Source: Octopus sinensis (taxonomy: Eukaryota). From it: DNA of 64,000 nt. Location: NCBI RefSeq assembly GCF_006345805.1, contig NC_043008.1, positions 50,096,001 to 50,160,000 of the forward strand. The letters run 5' to 3'. The position numbers were made by a program, and so were the translations under genes. Shown in pieces: positions 52,638-64,000 of this stretch. The notes beneath the pieces were generated by a model, which saw only the letters and a program-made list of their open reading frames with translations, had not been told where the DNA came from and made no database searches. Each line of letters begins with the position of its first letter. Positions within the stretch are counted from its first letter, which is position 1.

Positions 52638-53050
52638 CTTAACAAGAACACTGACAGTAAATCTACACAATTAATCTACACATTCTTTCCCTCTCTCTCT
52701 CTCTCTCTCTCTCACATACGACACCTGGCTTCCCAAACATACATACATTTATATATATATAGATACATATATATATATATATACATGTACACACTCTCTC
52801 TCCCTCCTCCCTATCGCCGAATATATGCCCCTCTCTCTCTCTTCGTCTTTAGCTCTCTCTCTCTCTCTCCCTCTCCCTCTCTCCCCCCTCTGCATACACA
52901 TGTATCTGTCTTTATTTAGAGGTGTGTGTGTATGTATAGTTATATGTGTGCGTCAGTGTGTGTGTGTATGCGTGTGAGTGTTTCTGGTGACGTGAGGGAG
53001 CAACCAAGTAAACAAATGAACGGTGTATTTGTTGGTGTAGATCACAAGAA
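52638..53050 (-). promoter_or_regulatory. Probable 5' UTR / proximal promoter of the minus-strand gene
   Basis: Directly upstream of the ATG, with (GA)n tracts, retained CpGs and a TGACGT half-site near 52988. The TSS cannot be determined from sequence. Confidence 0.35.
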
Positions 53051-54383
53051 TTATTGCCTTCTTCTGCTACTAAATTCTCCTTTGCTCTTTCTTCCGACTC
53101 TTTATAAATTATACCACACCATATTTTCACTTCTATACTATATTATATTCAAAATTACACTATACCATACTATATTATGGAGTACTATAAACTCTACAGA
53201 ATCGTAATATACCGGGCATAACTACACTTTAGTGCTCCGTATCTTTCTTTCTTTGTAAATTTGTAAGGTGTAGTTTATTTTACAGCAAAATTTTGAGAAA
53301 ATATACTTTCAAGAATGTAGATTATAAATACCTTAATAAAATTTAGAAAAACTAAACATTTTTTGGAGAAGTTTCAAATATTTCTTCCTACAACTCAAAC
53401 TTTGTTACAAATAATTTCACTTTTTTTTCTTAGAATCGTATGTTTCATACATCAAACCTTACGTAATCTACACTCTCGAAAATGTATTTCAGCTAACTGT
53501 TATTTAAATATATGTATTTTTCAGAAAGTTACGCCGAAACAAATTCGGTAAATTAGGGCACCAATGTGTAGTTGTGCCTTCTTTATTATACGTTATACCC
53601 GGAGACGGATTTATGTTTTGTAATCCTAGTGGGCTACAGGTTCTTTCCTTTGACAACTTCTGACAACTTGAGTCAGACTCTCAATGATAATTGCAATACA
53701 TATACTTATAAAAAAATATCTCGTTTACATTCTGCAAAGTAGATTTTAATGCAACATTGGCCATTATTCGAATAGTCAAGATTGGAATTTATTTCCTGGT
53801 TCAATATCTGTTCAATATCTGTTTAAACCACATTGTTTCGGACTCAATTCCACAGCGTAGCACCTTGGGCAAGTATTTTCTATAACTCAGGGCCAACCGA
53901 AAGGGTTGAGAGTGAGTTTGATAGACGGAAGCCCGTCGTGTGTGTGTGTGTGTCCCACCACCGCTTGATAACCGGCGCTGGTTTGTTAACGTCTCTGTAA
54001 CTTAGTGGTTCGGCGAAGAGACTGACAGAATAAGTACCAGGCTTTAAAAAAAAGTAAGTCCAGGGATCGATTCGTCCGACTAAAATTCTTCAAAGTGGTG
54101 CCCCAGCATGGCCGCAGTCCAATGACTGAAACAAATAAAAGATACAAGATATTTTATATTCACATCACATATAAAAGTATTGTCCTCTGTGACGAGTTAG
54201 CAGAATGGTTAAAATGCCCAGAAAAAAATCCCTATGCAGTACTGGGGGCGGGATGGGGTTTCACCTTTTTGAGTTCAAATCCAGCCAAGACCAACGTTAA
54301 CTTTCATCTTTTCCGGGGACGATGAAACAAAGTACCCCGTAAAATACTGAAATCGATGGTATCAACTAATTTCCTTCCCTTAA

Positions 54384-54619
54384 CCCTCCAGTCCGGCTGG
54401 TACATATTTCTACCAGTCAAAAATTTTACAACCCAAATCTTGAAAATTCCCATTCTATATGATGCAGTATAGTAACCGCTGCGGTTTTTTTTTTGTTAAG
54501 TATGTAACGCCAGATGTATGATTGGAGTGTTTGACACTATGATGATAGCTCAAAAGGCTCCCATGCGTACAAACCCCGCCGCCATTACCGACTTGAGAGA
54601 AAATTCCGGGTTGAAAGGG
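54384..54619. mobile_element. piggyBac-like MITE nested in a SINE tail
   Basis: TTAA|CCCTCCAGTCCGG ... CCGGGTTGAAAGGG|TTAA. Confidence 0.8.
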
Positions 54620-55409
54620 TTAAACTTAGTGGCCTTGTGCCTAAACTTAAAATCATGTAAAAAGCAAAAACGTTCAAAGCTATAACCAAAGGATTCCTAA
54701 ACAGCAACAAAGCTGTTAAATCGGTATTTCTTTACGGAAAAAAAAACAATATGATCTTCGGTGGGCAAGATTTTCATTAATCCTTCTAACGAAAGGAACT
54801 CCAAAAAATCATCTTTTACTTGTTTTATTAATTGGACAGCGACCATGCTGTAGCACCACCTTGTAGGAGTCGGTCTAACAAATCGACTCGTACTTATTAT
54901 TTTTTTAAACCTGGTACTCATTCTATCGACTACTTTTTGCCGAACCGCTAAGTTTCAGGGACGTAAACTCACCAGGTCCAGTTGTCAAGCGGTGGAGGTA
55001 GTGGACAAACAAACATAGGCACTCACACATACATCGTCTTATATGTGTGTGTGTGTGTGTGTATTACCCGAAGTGTACAATATTCTATATCCATTACGGC
55101 CGATCTTTCCAATGTAATCGATTCAACCCGTCCTCCGAAAATGCCGGCCTTGTGCCAAAATTTGAAACCAATATTTACAGCACTGTGTACATTGTTCCAT
55201 AAAACTGCATACTTTACAGTTGGCTCGTTTTCTTAAGAATTTAGAACATTTTTCAGCCACAGGCTTCTCCAAATATATAAACGAGTTGATTATTTTAGTT
55301 GGTGAATAAATCATCTTCTAATTTTACTTTGCCACCTTATAGCTATTTAAACTTTTTACTAAGGATGATGGATTTGTGTTAAGGAGTAATCTATGAATAT
55401 ATATATATA

Positions 55410-55800
55410 ATCAATGATTCTGAGAAACCAAATGAGACGGTCTGGCCATATTGTTCGAATGGCGGATGAATGCACACCCAAGCAGCCGTTTTATGGTGAG
55501 CTTGCAGAGGGGAAACGCAAAGAGGTTTAAGGACGGCATAAGGACTAACATGAAATCACTTGGAATGGATCCAAATGCCATAGACACCTTTGCTTCGGAT
55601 CGAGCTGGATGGCGAACAGAAGTGTGAAGTGGAATGAAAGCGTTTGAGGGGAGACTTAAAGAAGGATGTTGCGATCGAGAAGGTGAATCTCAGTGACCTC
55701 AGTTTGTGACAGACAGTACCTTTCTTTTGCTGGGCTCAATCTCTCATTTGCGAACCCATGGAAAAACGAACGTCCACCAACTATTCTACCTGTATATCTG
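55410..55800 (+). pseudogene. RTE-clade LINE remnant
   Basis: RRSGHIVRMADECTPKQPFYGELAEGKR / KRFKD / ASDRAGWR motifs with frameshifts and stops. Confidence 0.85.
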
Positions 55801-57024
55801 TGCCCATCTTTCAATACCGTGTATGCCATAAGGTCTGAAAATCTAACGGATGCCTGCAAATACATTTTAAGATTCACTAAGATCGGAACTTAACTGCAGC
55901 TCATGGTGGTCCAAATGGGATACGCAATCTATGTTGGTGTCTTTTCTATACATTGTCTGGTTTAAGAAGCCAAATCAGATGCCATGATGGCTGTAAGGTG
56001 TAGGTACAAGAGGTGGACAACCACCGTGTGTGTGTGTGTGTGTGTAGTTCAAATTTACACAAAACAAGAGACGAAGACAAGCGAGGGAACAACATGTTGG
56101 TGTGTTAGTTTGACGCTCGGGAAGAATGGAAAAGTCTTTGATGTTTCGAGGCTACGAACCTCAACAAAAAGAGAGAGAGAGAGAGAGAAAATGTGTAAAG
56201 ATTAACGGTTCAACATGATGAATACGCACACACACTGACACACACACACACACACACACACCACACACACTCACACACACACTCACACACACATACACAC
56301 ACACCTATACACCTGCAGTATATTAATTCAGTCCTTCGAAGGGCGGCTGTTTCAAAACTCCGCCAAAACGAGGTGGTGGTCATGGTTGGTTCTACTTTTG
56401 ATTATGCGTTTTGTTCTATCAGAGATGATCTGGGACTAAATAACAACTACAGTTTATAAAGATAGCAAAAAACATCAAGATGACCCGGGAGTTTTCAGAG
56501 TTTCTTACAGTTCCCTTTCAGTGATGTAGCTATGACGTGTACCGCCCGGGGCAGCCCTTGAGCTTGCTACCCCACCCACGGGTCCCCCATATAGGTTTAT
56601 ACAGCGGTCCCTAAACTGTTGTCTCCCCACCTCCCATCACCACTATTAGCAACGCTTACAGTTCAATGGCTCAGCTAATTAGGGATAATGGCGAACGACC
56701 GTTCTCCAACAAGCGCATTTTTTTTTTCAAAATTACCGCCTTTTCAATAATCTTTTAAAGCTCTTTAGTTACTTATATCAGTAGTCGTAAGTTTCATGCG
56801 TAATGACATTTGTTACTGAAACATTAGATTAATGAATGTAGAATACTATTACGTATATTGTAATTCATGAAATATTTCGCTTAATATGGAAGAAATGAGT
56901 TTAAAATTGTTTGGTATGGGTCACAATGGCCTTTTCGTTTTATCCGCTCGCTCCTCCTGACTTTAGAACCTGAATAACCCTTTGCTACTGTTCTCCTCAG
57001 GGGGTTACTGGAAATATATATATA

Positions 57025-57363
57025 GTCATACATATATGCATGCATGCATGCATCCATCCATCCATACATACATATACACACATACATCCATGCATACATA
57101 CATACATACATACACACATACATCCATGCATGCATACATACATACATGCGTACATACACACACATACATGCATGCATACATACATACACACATACATCCA
57201 TGCATGCATGCATACATACATACATACATACATACATACACACATCCATGCATGCATCCATACATACACACATACATACACACACACATACATACATACA
57301 CGCACATACATACATACATACATACATACATTACATACATACATATATACACACATACATACA

Positions 57364-57397
<34 letters not shown>

Positions 57398-57423
57398 CAT
57401 ATATACACACATACATACATACA

Positions 57424-57457
<34 letters not shown>

Positions 57458-57497
57458 CACACATACATACATACACACACATACATACATACATACA

Positions 57498-57531
<34 letters not shown>

Positions 57532-57682
57532 CACACATACATACATACATACATACATACATACATACATACATACATACATACATACATACATACATAC
57601 ATACATACATACATACATACATACATACATACATACATACATACATACATACATACATACATACATACATACATACATACAT
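57025..57682. repeat. Long (CATA)n microsatellite, degenerate at left and pure at right
   Basis: Directly visible; source of the HTYI/MYVC ORFs. Confidence 0.97.
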
Positions 57683-57686
57683 TGTA

Positions 57687-57906
57687 CAAGAAGGTGTTGA
57701 AAAGTTCCTGGCTTTGGGTAAAAGAAAATACAGGAGGCTCAGTTACTTAAGATTTTTTTTTGTAACATATTCCCCTCTAAGGTTCTCACACTTACTGCAG
57801 CGGTCCTTCAATTTTTCCAAGCCCTGTAAAAGTACTCGGAAAGTTGAGCATCCAACCAAGCCTTTCGCGACATCCTTAAAGTCAGGAACCTTTTAGCACC
57901 CACTCG
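57687..57906. mobile_element. Mariner-derived MITE
   Basis: TIRs GGTGTTGAAAAGTTCCTGGCTT / AAGTCAGGAACCTTTTAGCACC; homologous to 18230-18387. Confidence 0.8.
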
Positions 57907-58207
57907 TTGCATGAAAACCCCATTTTTTAAAAATCCATTAGCTTATATCTCATTTAATAAATGGTTTGTACATATTTTCGTAAGTATTTTATATGATTTT
58001 TCTACTTCAGTATTGGGTGTTGGGTGTACTTTTATAGTTCATGTTTTAAACATGTTAGTTAAAACTGATGTAAATTCAGATAAATCGACTGAAGTTGAGG
58101 TTTATTCTCCCATTCCCCCAAACCCCATTAATTTCTTTAAAAAAAAACGATGTAAGATCCAAGAAGACATAACTCGAAATGACGTAAATCGAGGTGTATA
58201 TATATAT

Positions 58208-58267
<60 letters not shown>

Positions 58268-58408
58268 ATATACAAAAACCCTAACCCTAAAGGATCTATG
58301 TACACATTAGTGCCCCTATCGACTTTGATTCCTCTAAGGTTTCCAAATGAATTGACATTCTTTTTAGGCAAATTTAGCTGACACATTTTCGAAAGTGTAG
58401 ATTACAGT

Positions 58409-58850
58409 CAGGGCTGGATTAAAGCCCACAGAGGCCCTAAGTACTTATAAGATTTTAGTCCCCACCCGCCCCATTAGATGTAATTCAAAATATAACAATA
58501 ATAAACCATAATTTTTTTTGTTTTTTCTAAACGAAACAAAACTAAGACAATATAATGTTTGTTTTTTGTATAGTTCCACTTTATTTATATTTGAAAAGTT
58601 TTCTCCCACAATTTTTTTTTTTAGTTGCAAAATCTTTGCTCAAATCCTCAAAATTAATCTTATGTAACACATCTGCTTCTATACTTAGTCGAGATAAGGC
58701 ATCCCGAATATATCATTTTTACAGGTTTAAAGTGATTTCTTTAATGCCGTGAGCCATTTACCATTTCTTTACCCCCCCTCCCTCCCCCTCCTACTTCCCT
58801 TGATGTCCTAAGCACGTGCTTATTTTTGCTCAGGGATTAATCCAGCGCTG
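58409..58850. mobile_element. hAT MITE
   Basis: TIRs CAGGGCTGGATTAA / TTAATCCAGCGCTG; 8-bp TSD ATTACAGT / ATTACAAT. Confidence 0.85.
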
Positions 58851-61484
58851 ATTACAATTATGTTGATAAAATTTGATAAACAAAATTTTAGAGGGATGGT
58901 GGAGCAATCTTGAATCGTTCTTTCCCTGCCCAACCTCTTCTTGCTCCGATTTTGTTACCATTAGTTTCTGTAACTTCAGCATTTTTCCCTTTTAGTTTTT
59001 TTCTTTCCAGATTTTTATGCTTGAAACGTCAACATTACGTAATTTACACTACACTTTCGAAGACATATTTCTGCACAGTGTCATTTTAAAATAAGCATTT
59101 TAAAGAGAGTTGCATTTAAAAAAATGAGGTCAGGACGGTGGAGGACAAAGATCTGAAACACCTCCGAAAAAATTTTGTTTTTTCTTAAATATTATTAACA
59201 TAATCGTAATTGACATTTTCGAAAGCCTACCTCTGCAAAATTTCATTCTAAAATATGCGTATTTCATAGGTATAAAGAAACAAAATTGGTGAGACACCAA
59301 CCTGTAGTTAAGACTCCCTAAACCTTACCCTTAATCAATTCACCCGTTCGAGTCCTATGTGTTAAGTTATTTTAGGGATTTGTTTGGGGTTTGATTATCT
59401 TTATATGGGGTACTTGGCCGGTTCGTCATCATCATAAACTTCCATTAACCTATGTTCTACTGCTGTCTGTCCATCTTTCTGTCCTAATCTCGACCCGCTA
59501 TGAATAGCTCCCTTATATCACATCCTGTCGTCTTAAAGATAAAAGGGCATATTGGATAATGTGGTCATAGTTGGAATGTCTTTGTTTATAGATATGCTCG
59601 ATTGCAGCTGACCTGGGTTTCATCAACTATGCTATACTCTGCTACACTATTCTTCTTTTTTCTGTCTTTCTGTCCTAATCCTGACCTGCTAGAGATAGCA
59701 GGCAAATCTCCTTCAACTCACACATTCTTTCTGTGCTAATTTCGGATCTTGTTCGATTTCTTCCAACCACTTAAATTTTCACCGCCTTATTTTCTTTTAT
59801 GTAGTTTTTCAGTAATTTTGCATGCTAATGACGAAAACCCCAATCATTAAAGAAATTTTTAATAGAAATTAATAATATAAAAGTTTCAAGCACTTAGGCC
59901 TATTAAATTTTAGCCAAGAATTTTTACAAGTTTACTACTTTCCCTCTACTCCACATTTTGAAAATGGTGTAACCTATTTCATTTTTGCTTTTACAATTTA
60001 TTTATTTATTTCCAGTGGGCTTACTGTATGTCTGGCTTTATCGACCATTGCATTTCCACGGAAATAAAACTTGCTCCAGCCTGCATCTTGGAGCCTACTT
60101 TTCTGGTTACCTCTCCGAAGTGTAAACAGGAGTAAATGTTTTATTGTTAGGGGCTTTTCTCATCGAAATGCTTGGACAGACAGAATTTGGCACCAGTGTC
60201 AACAGAGATCTTGCTGTCAGATGGGAAAGAACTAGAAAAGATATAGTGACGTATCTTGCTGGATTCTCCAACAGTTCCACCACCCTGAACGGCTACTTAC
60301 AAATGAAACGCAAAGTTGGACCCGGAGCTCAAAGAGTCAAATACTGCAAGGCCTTCTCCCCGACATTTCAAGGCTATTTGTTGTTATTGTTTTGCTCCTT
60401 AGTTAGTTCAAGTGGAAAAGACTTATTTTTGATCAAAGGTGTTCCAGCCGTTACCGTCCAGTCTTCTTAAACGTCTGCATTATCTAATATGGACAAAGGA
60501 GCTTTGATCAAAGCCATTCCGACCATATTCATCCCGTCTTCTTGAGAGTGTATCAAAGGGATGTTCTGGTTATGCGTGCAAGGGGTTCCTATTGCATTGC
60601 TTTGCCCGGGAAGGGCCGTAGAGAGTCAAGAAAAAAGCTCTCTCCATTTCTTTACTTTCTGAGTTCAAATTTCGCCGCAGTCAACTTTGCCTTTCATCCT
60701 TCCGGGGTTGACAAAATAAAGTACGTATCAAAAACTGGGGACTCATCCTCTTCCCTCAAAATCGCTGCCCTTGTTCCATATTTAGAAACAATTACTAATG
60801 TTGTTAGTGTTTCTGTTCTTTAACCCTAGGTCAGCTCCAATGGAGCAAAGTTGTGATGAAAGGCCTTCCAGTTGTGATCACCATGTATTTTGGGTGGGGG
60901 GATCTTTTCAATCTCAGTCACTAAACAGTTTGAAACTTCGGATACTGGTTGAATGTGTCACACAGATTGAAAATATCCCTTTTTTTCTCCTTTGCTTTGT
61001 GTGTATGTTCTCAGGGAACCCAATATTACATTAATTGACGTGTCCTTTTCTGAAGATTTTTACTGCTATTTCTAGCATGACAAGTGACCATGATGAGGCC
61101 TTCTCGTTGGTTTGTTTTGGAGACGGAGTAGTTAGAGGTAGGAAAAGACAAAGAGTGATTAATTACTGCACTAATCTCACGTCTAGACTTCAGTTCATAT
61201 AGAAAAAAAATAATAAAATAAAATAAAAGATAGCGGAGATAATACTTTTGTGATGATAACCAGAGATAAAAGTCAAAACATGCCGGTTACGGCTATTTTA
61301 TGGATGTGTGTTTACTGAGGTTAACTCCAATCTTATTGTTTGCTGTTGTCACAAATCTAATTAACCCTATCTCGCTTCCAATCTCCACCCGAAAAAAATA
61401 ACATTTAGAACTCAACGTAATTGCTTGACCTGTGAGAAACAGAAGCTAAATATCCCTCAAGTCACACAATACAGTTTATATATA

Positions 61485-61886
61485 TCTTCTTTATATATAA
61501 AAGTGAAGTTGTGTGTCTGTCTCTTACGATTTAGATTCCTAACTACTCCCACATTTTGCGGTGCAGTGTAACCAAAACCGGGTATCTTATAGTCGTGATT
61601 CATATCGAGCCCTTCTGGGTATTAGCGCGCGTCTACGATGAGTCTACGATTTTAAAAATAATTTACCATCATTTTTTTTCCATTTTAATGCATTTTTTCG
61701 CTATTATATAAGGGAAGTAACTCTCTAAAAATGTCTACGATGAGTCAACGATTTAAGAAAAAATTTACCATAATTTCTTTTCCATTTTTAATGCATTTTT
61801 TTGCTATTTTTTGGCTATAACTCTCTAAAAATGCTTATATAGTTATTTCCCTTACAAACCCGAGCAACGCCGGGCGATACTGCTAG
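61485..61886 (+). mobile_element. Non-autonomous Helitron
   Basis: A|TC...ACAAACCCGAGCAACGCCGGGCGATACTGCTAG|T; internal ~110-bp direct subrepeat (GTCTACGATGAGTC...). Confidence 0.88.
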
Positions 61887-62028
61887 TATATATATATTAT
61901 AAGCAAATCGTTGCTGAACCCTAATTATAAAGTATTACTTAAGCTTACCATGAAATGGTCTTTTTCATGCCGAATTCTACTTGGTGAAATTACTGATTAC
62001 TTCTTAATTAATTAATTTTACCCTTTGT

Positions 62029-62060
<32 letters not shown>

Positions 62061-63274
62061 TTATTTATTTATTTATTTATATATAAGTTCAGTAAAAACT
62101 TAGATTCAGTTGAATATGGTACTTAAGTTAAAGGCACCAGAATTTGGTATGGTATTATCCATGCACTTTCTGACAAGTTGTGGTGCACCTGAGCACTGTA
62201 TACAATAATTTCATTATTATTATTATTTATTATAAATCAAAATGGGGTGATTATAATCAAAATAAGCAACAAGGATATCCAGAGGTAGCACAGTACAATC
62301 GTTTCATGCGACTTCATATATATAAAAGGACAAAACTGAATAACGTGGTTGTGTGATGTTTGCACATTGACAAAAGACGGGAAGGTCAGACGGTCATAGT
62401 TGGAATGCCTTTGTCCGTAATCAATTTGATCAGGGATGACCTGGGACCACATATGATGAAGACGATACAGATCTAACAAACAACGTTCTGGAAATACCAG
62501 CCAAATCCGTTTCAAACCACTCCTTACTGCCTTTAAAGAAATTAAAGATACATTAGGCATAACATAAGACGTGGTGTTCACGACTGGAAAGCTTTTGATC
62601 ATGAAGCTAAACAACAACGACGACCTGAGAGAAACAGCAGCCAAATTTCCATCATAACACTCCCTACCCTTTTATAAAAAGAAGGGCTACAGTAGTTAAT
62701 GTAAGCCCTGTTATACAAAACAAAATGTGCAGCCACGATTGGAACGCCTTGAAATAGACCTAAACAACATTATAATTAGCAGGCAAAATTCTGTCAAATC
62801 ACACTTTAATATTTTTTTAAAAACAAGGGTGTATACATTAGGAAATGTGACCCGGCATAAAAAGACGGGTCTGTTAAGGTTAGAACAGCTTTGATGTGTC
62901 TGCTTGACTTAGGGCCAACTTGTGGCTAAAAAGCAACAACTAAAGGCTGCCGAGTAAATACAAAACGAAACACGTTATCACATATGTCTGACATAATTTT
63001 TTCAGATTTCACATTGCTAATTATCGGAGCCATTCGTGCACATTCCATCATATAAATGAGTGACGGCATCCGTTCGGATCGATACCGATGTCTCCAGACT
63101 AAGCAAGCGTATCAGAAGTCACACAGGTGTTATAGAATTACATTTATAATTGCATTCACATCTAGGATGCTTTATAGCAATAACTAAATCAACTCCATTA
63201 CTTGACGAGTATTTTATTTTATCAACCCCCGGAAGGGAATGAAAGGCAAAGTTATTTTTTATATCTTTACTCGT

Positions 63275-63498
63275 CTCTTTTACTTGTTTCAGTCATTTGA
63301 CTGCGGCCATGCTGGAGCACCACCTTTAGTCGAGCAAATCGACCCCGAGACTTATTCTTTTTGTAAGCCCAGTACTTATTCTATCGGTCTCTTTTTGTCG
63401 AACCGCTAAGTGACGGGGACGTAAACACACCAGCATCGGTTGTCAAGCAATGCTAGGGGGACAAACACAGACACACAAACACACACACACACACATAC

Positions 63499-63562
<64 letters not shown>

Positions 63563-63733
63563 ATATATATATACATATATACGACGGTTTCCGTCTACCA
63601 AATCCACTCACAAGGCATTGGTCGGCCTGGGGCTATAGCAGAAGACACTTGTCCAAGATGCCACGCAGTGGGACTGAACCCGGAACCATGTGGTTGGTTA
63701 GCAAGCTACTTACCACACAGCCACTCCCGCGCC
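63275..63733 (-). mobile_element. CORE-like tRNA SINE (CpGs largely intact)
   Basis: Reverse complement of the 44713/47685 family. Confidence 0.88.
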
Positions 63734-63799
63734 TTAGCGATTTCAAATTTTGAAACAAGGCCAGCTTAAATGCTAAAAAAATTAAACATGGGCGAAATT

Positions 63800-63935
63800 T
63801 TATTCAACGTTATCTCCAGTGACCTTGCACAGGACCGTCGAGTGTGGGCTGCCATGGTTCGTGATGCCGTCAGGACCAGAGAAGTGGCCAGCTCAACCCG
63901 CCTTAGGTGAACGCCATCACAAGTACAAGTGCAAA
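63800..63935 (+). mobile_element. RTE-like LINE extreme 3' end
   Basis: DLAQDRRVWAAMVRDAV frame followed by an ACAAGTACAAGT tail. Confidence 0.65.
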
Positions 63936-64000
63936 GATGAGAGGTTTTTCTATCCACCTGTGTAAAATCTCTCTCCTTAATTGCTCTCTTGAATCTTTTA

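Noticed and set aside
56881-57896. Long ORFs (148-304 aa) on both strands
   Set aside because: They are translations of the (CATA)n microsatellite, which lacks stop codons.

Overview
AT-rich, microsatellite- and SINE-dense animal genomic DNA. The repeat families look like those of Octopus (coleoid cephalopod); this is recognition from memory, not a database result. There are no prokaryotic features, and nearly all long ORFs in the track are artefacts of (TA)n/(CA)n/(CATA)n repeats or decayed transposons. The main structure appears to be the 5' part of a large minus-strand gene. A first coding exon (52590-52637, [25 protein letters not shown] start, GTAAGT donor) is followed by a ~43 kb intron and then a chain of very small GT-AG exons (46, 34, 23, 21, possibly 6, 44 and 28 nt, between 9577 and 4134). 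Their phases join into one open frame that probably continues beyond the left edge of the window. I could not identify the protein. CpG looks depleted left of ~48.8 kb and retained to the right, which fits a methylated gene body. The introns hold several SINE families, RTE and Tx1/L1-like LINE ends, mariner/maT remnants, hAT and piggyBac-like MITEs, two non-autonomous Helitrons, Penelope-like repeats with degenerate hammerhead motifs, several inverted repeats and a higher-order minisatellite.
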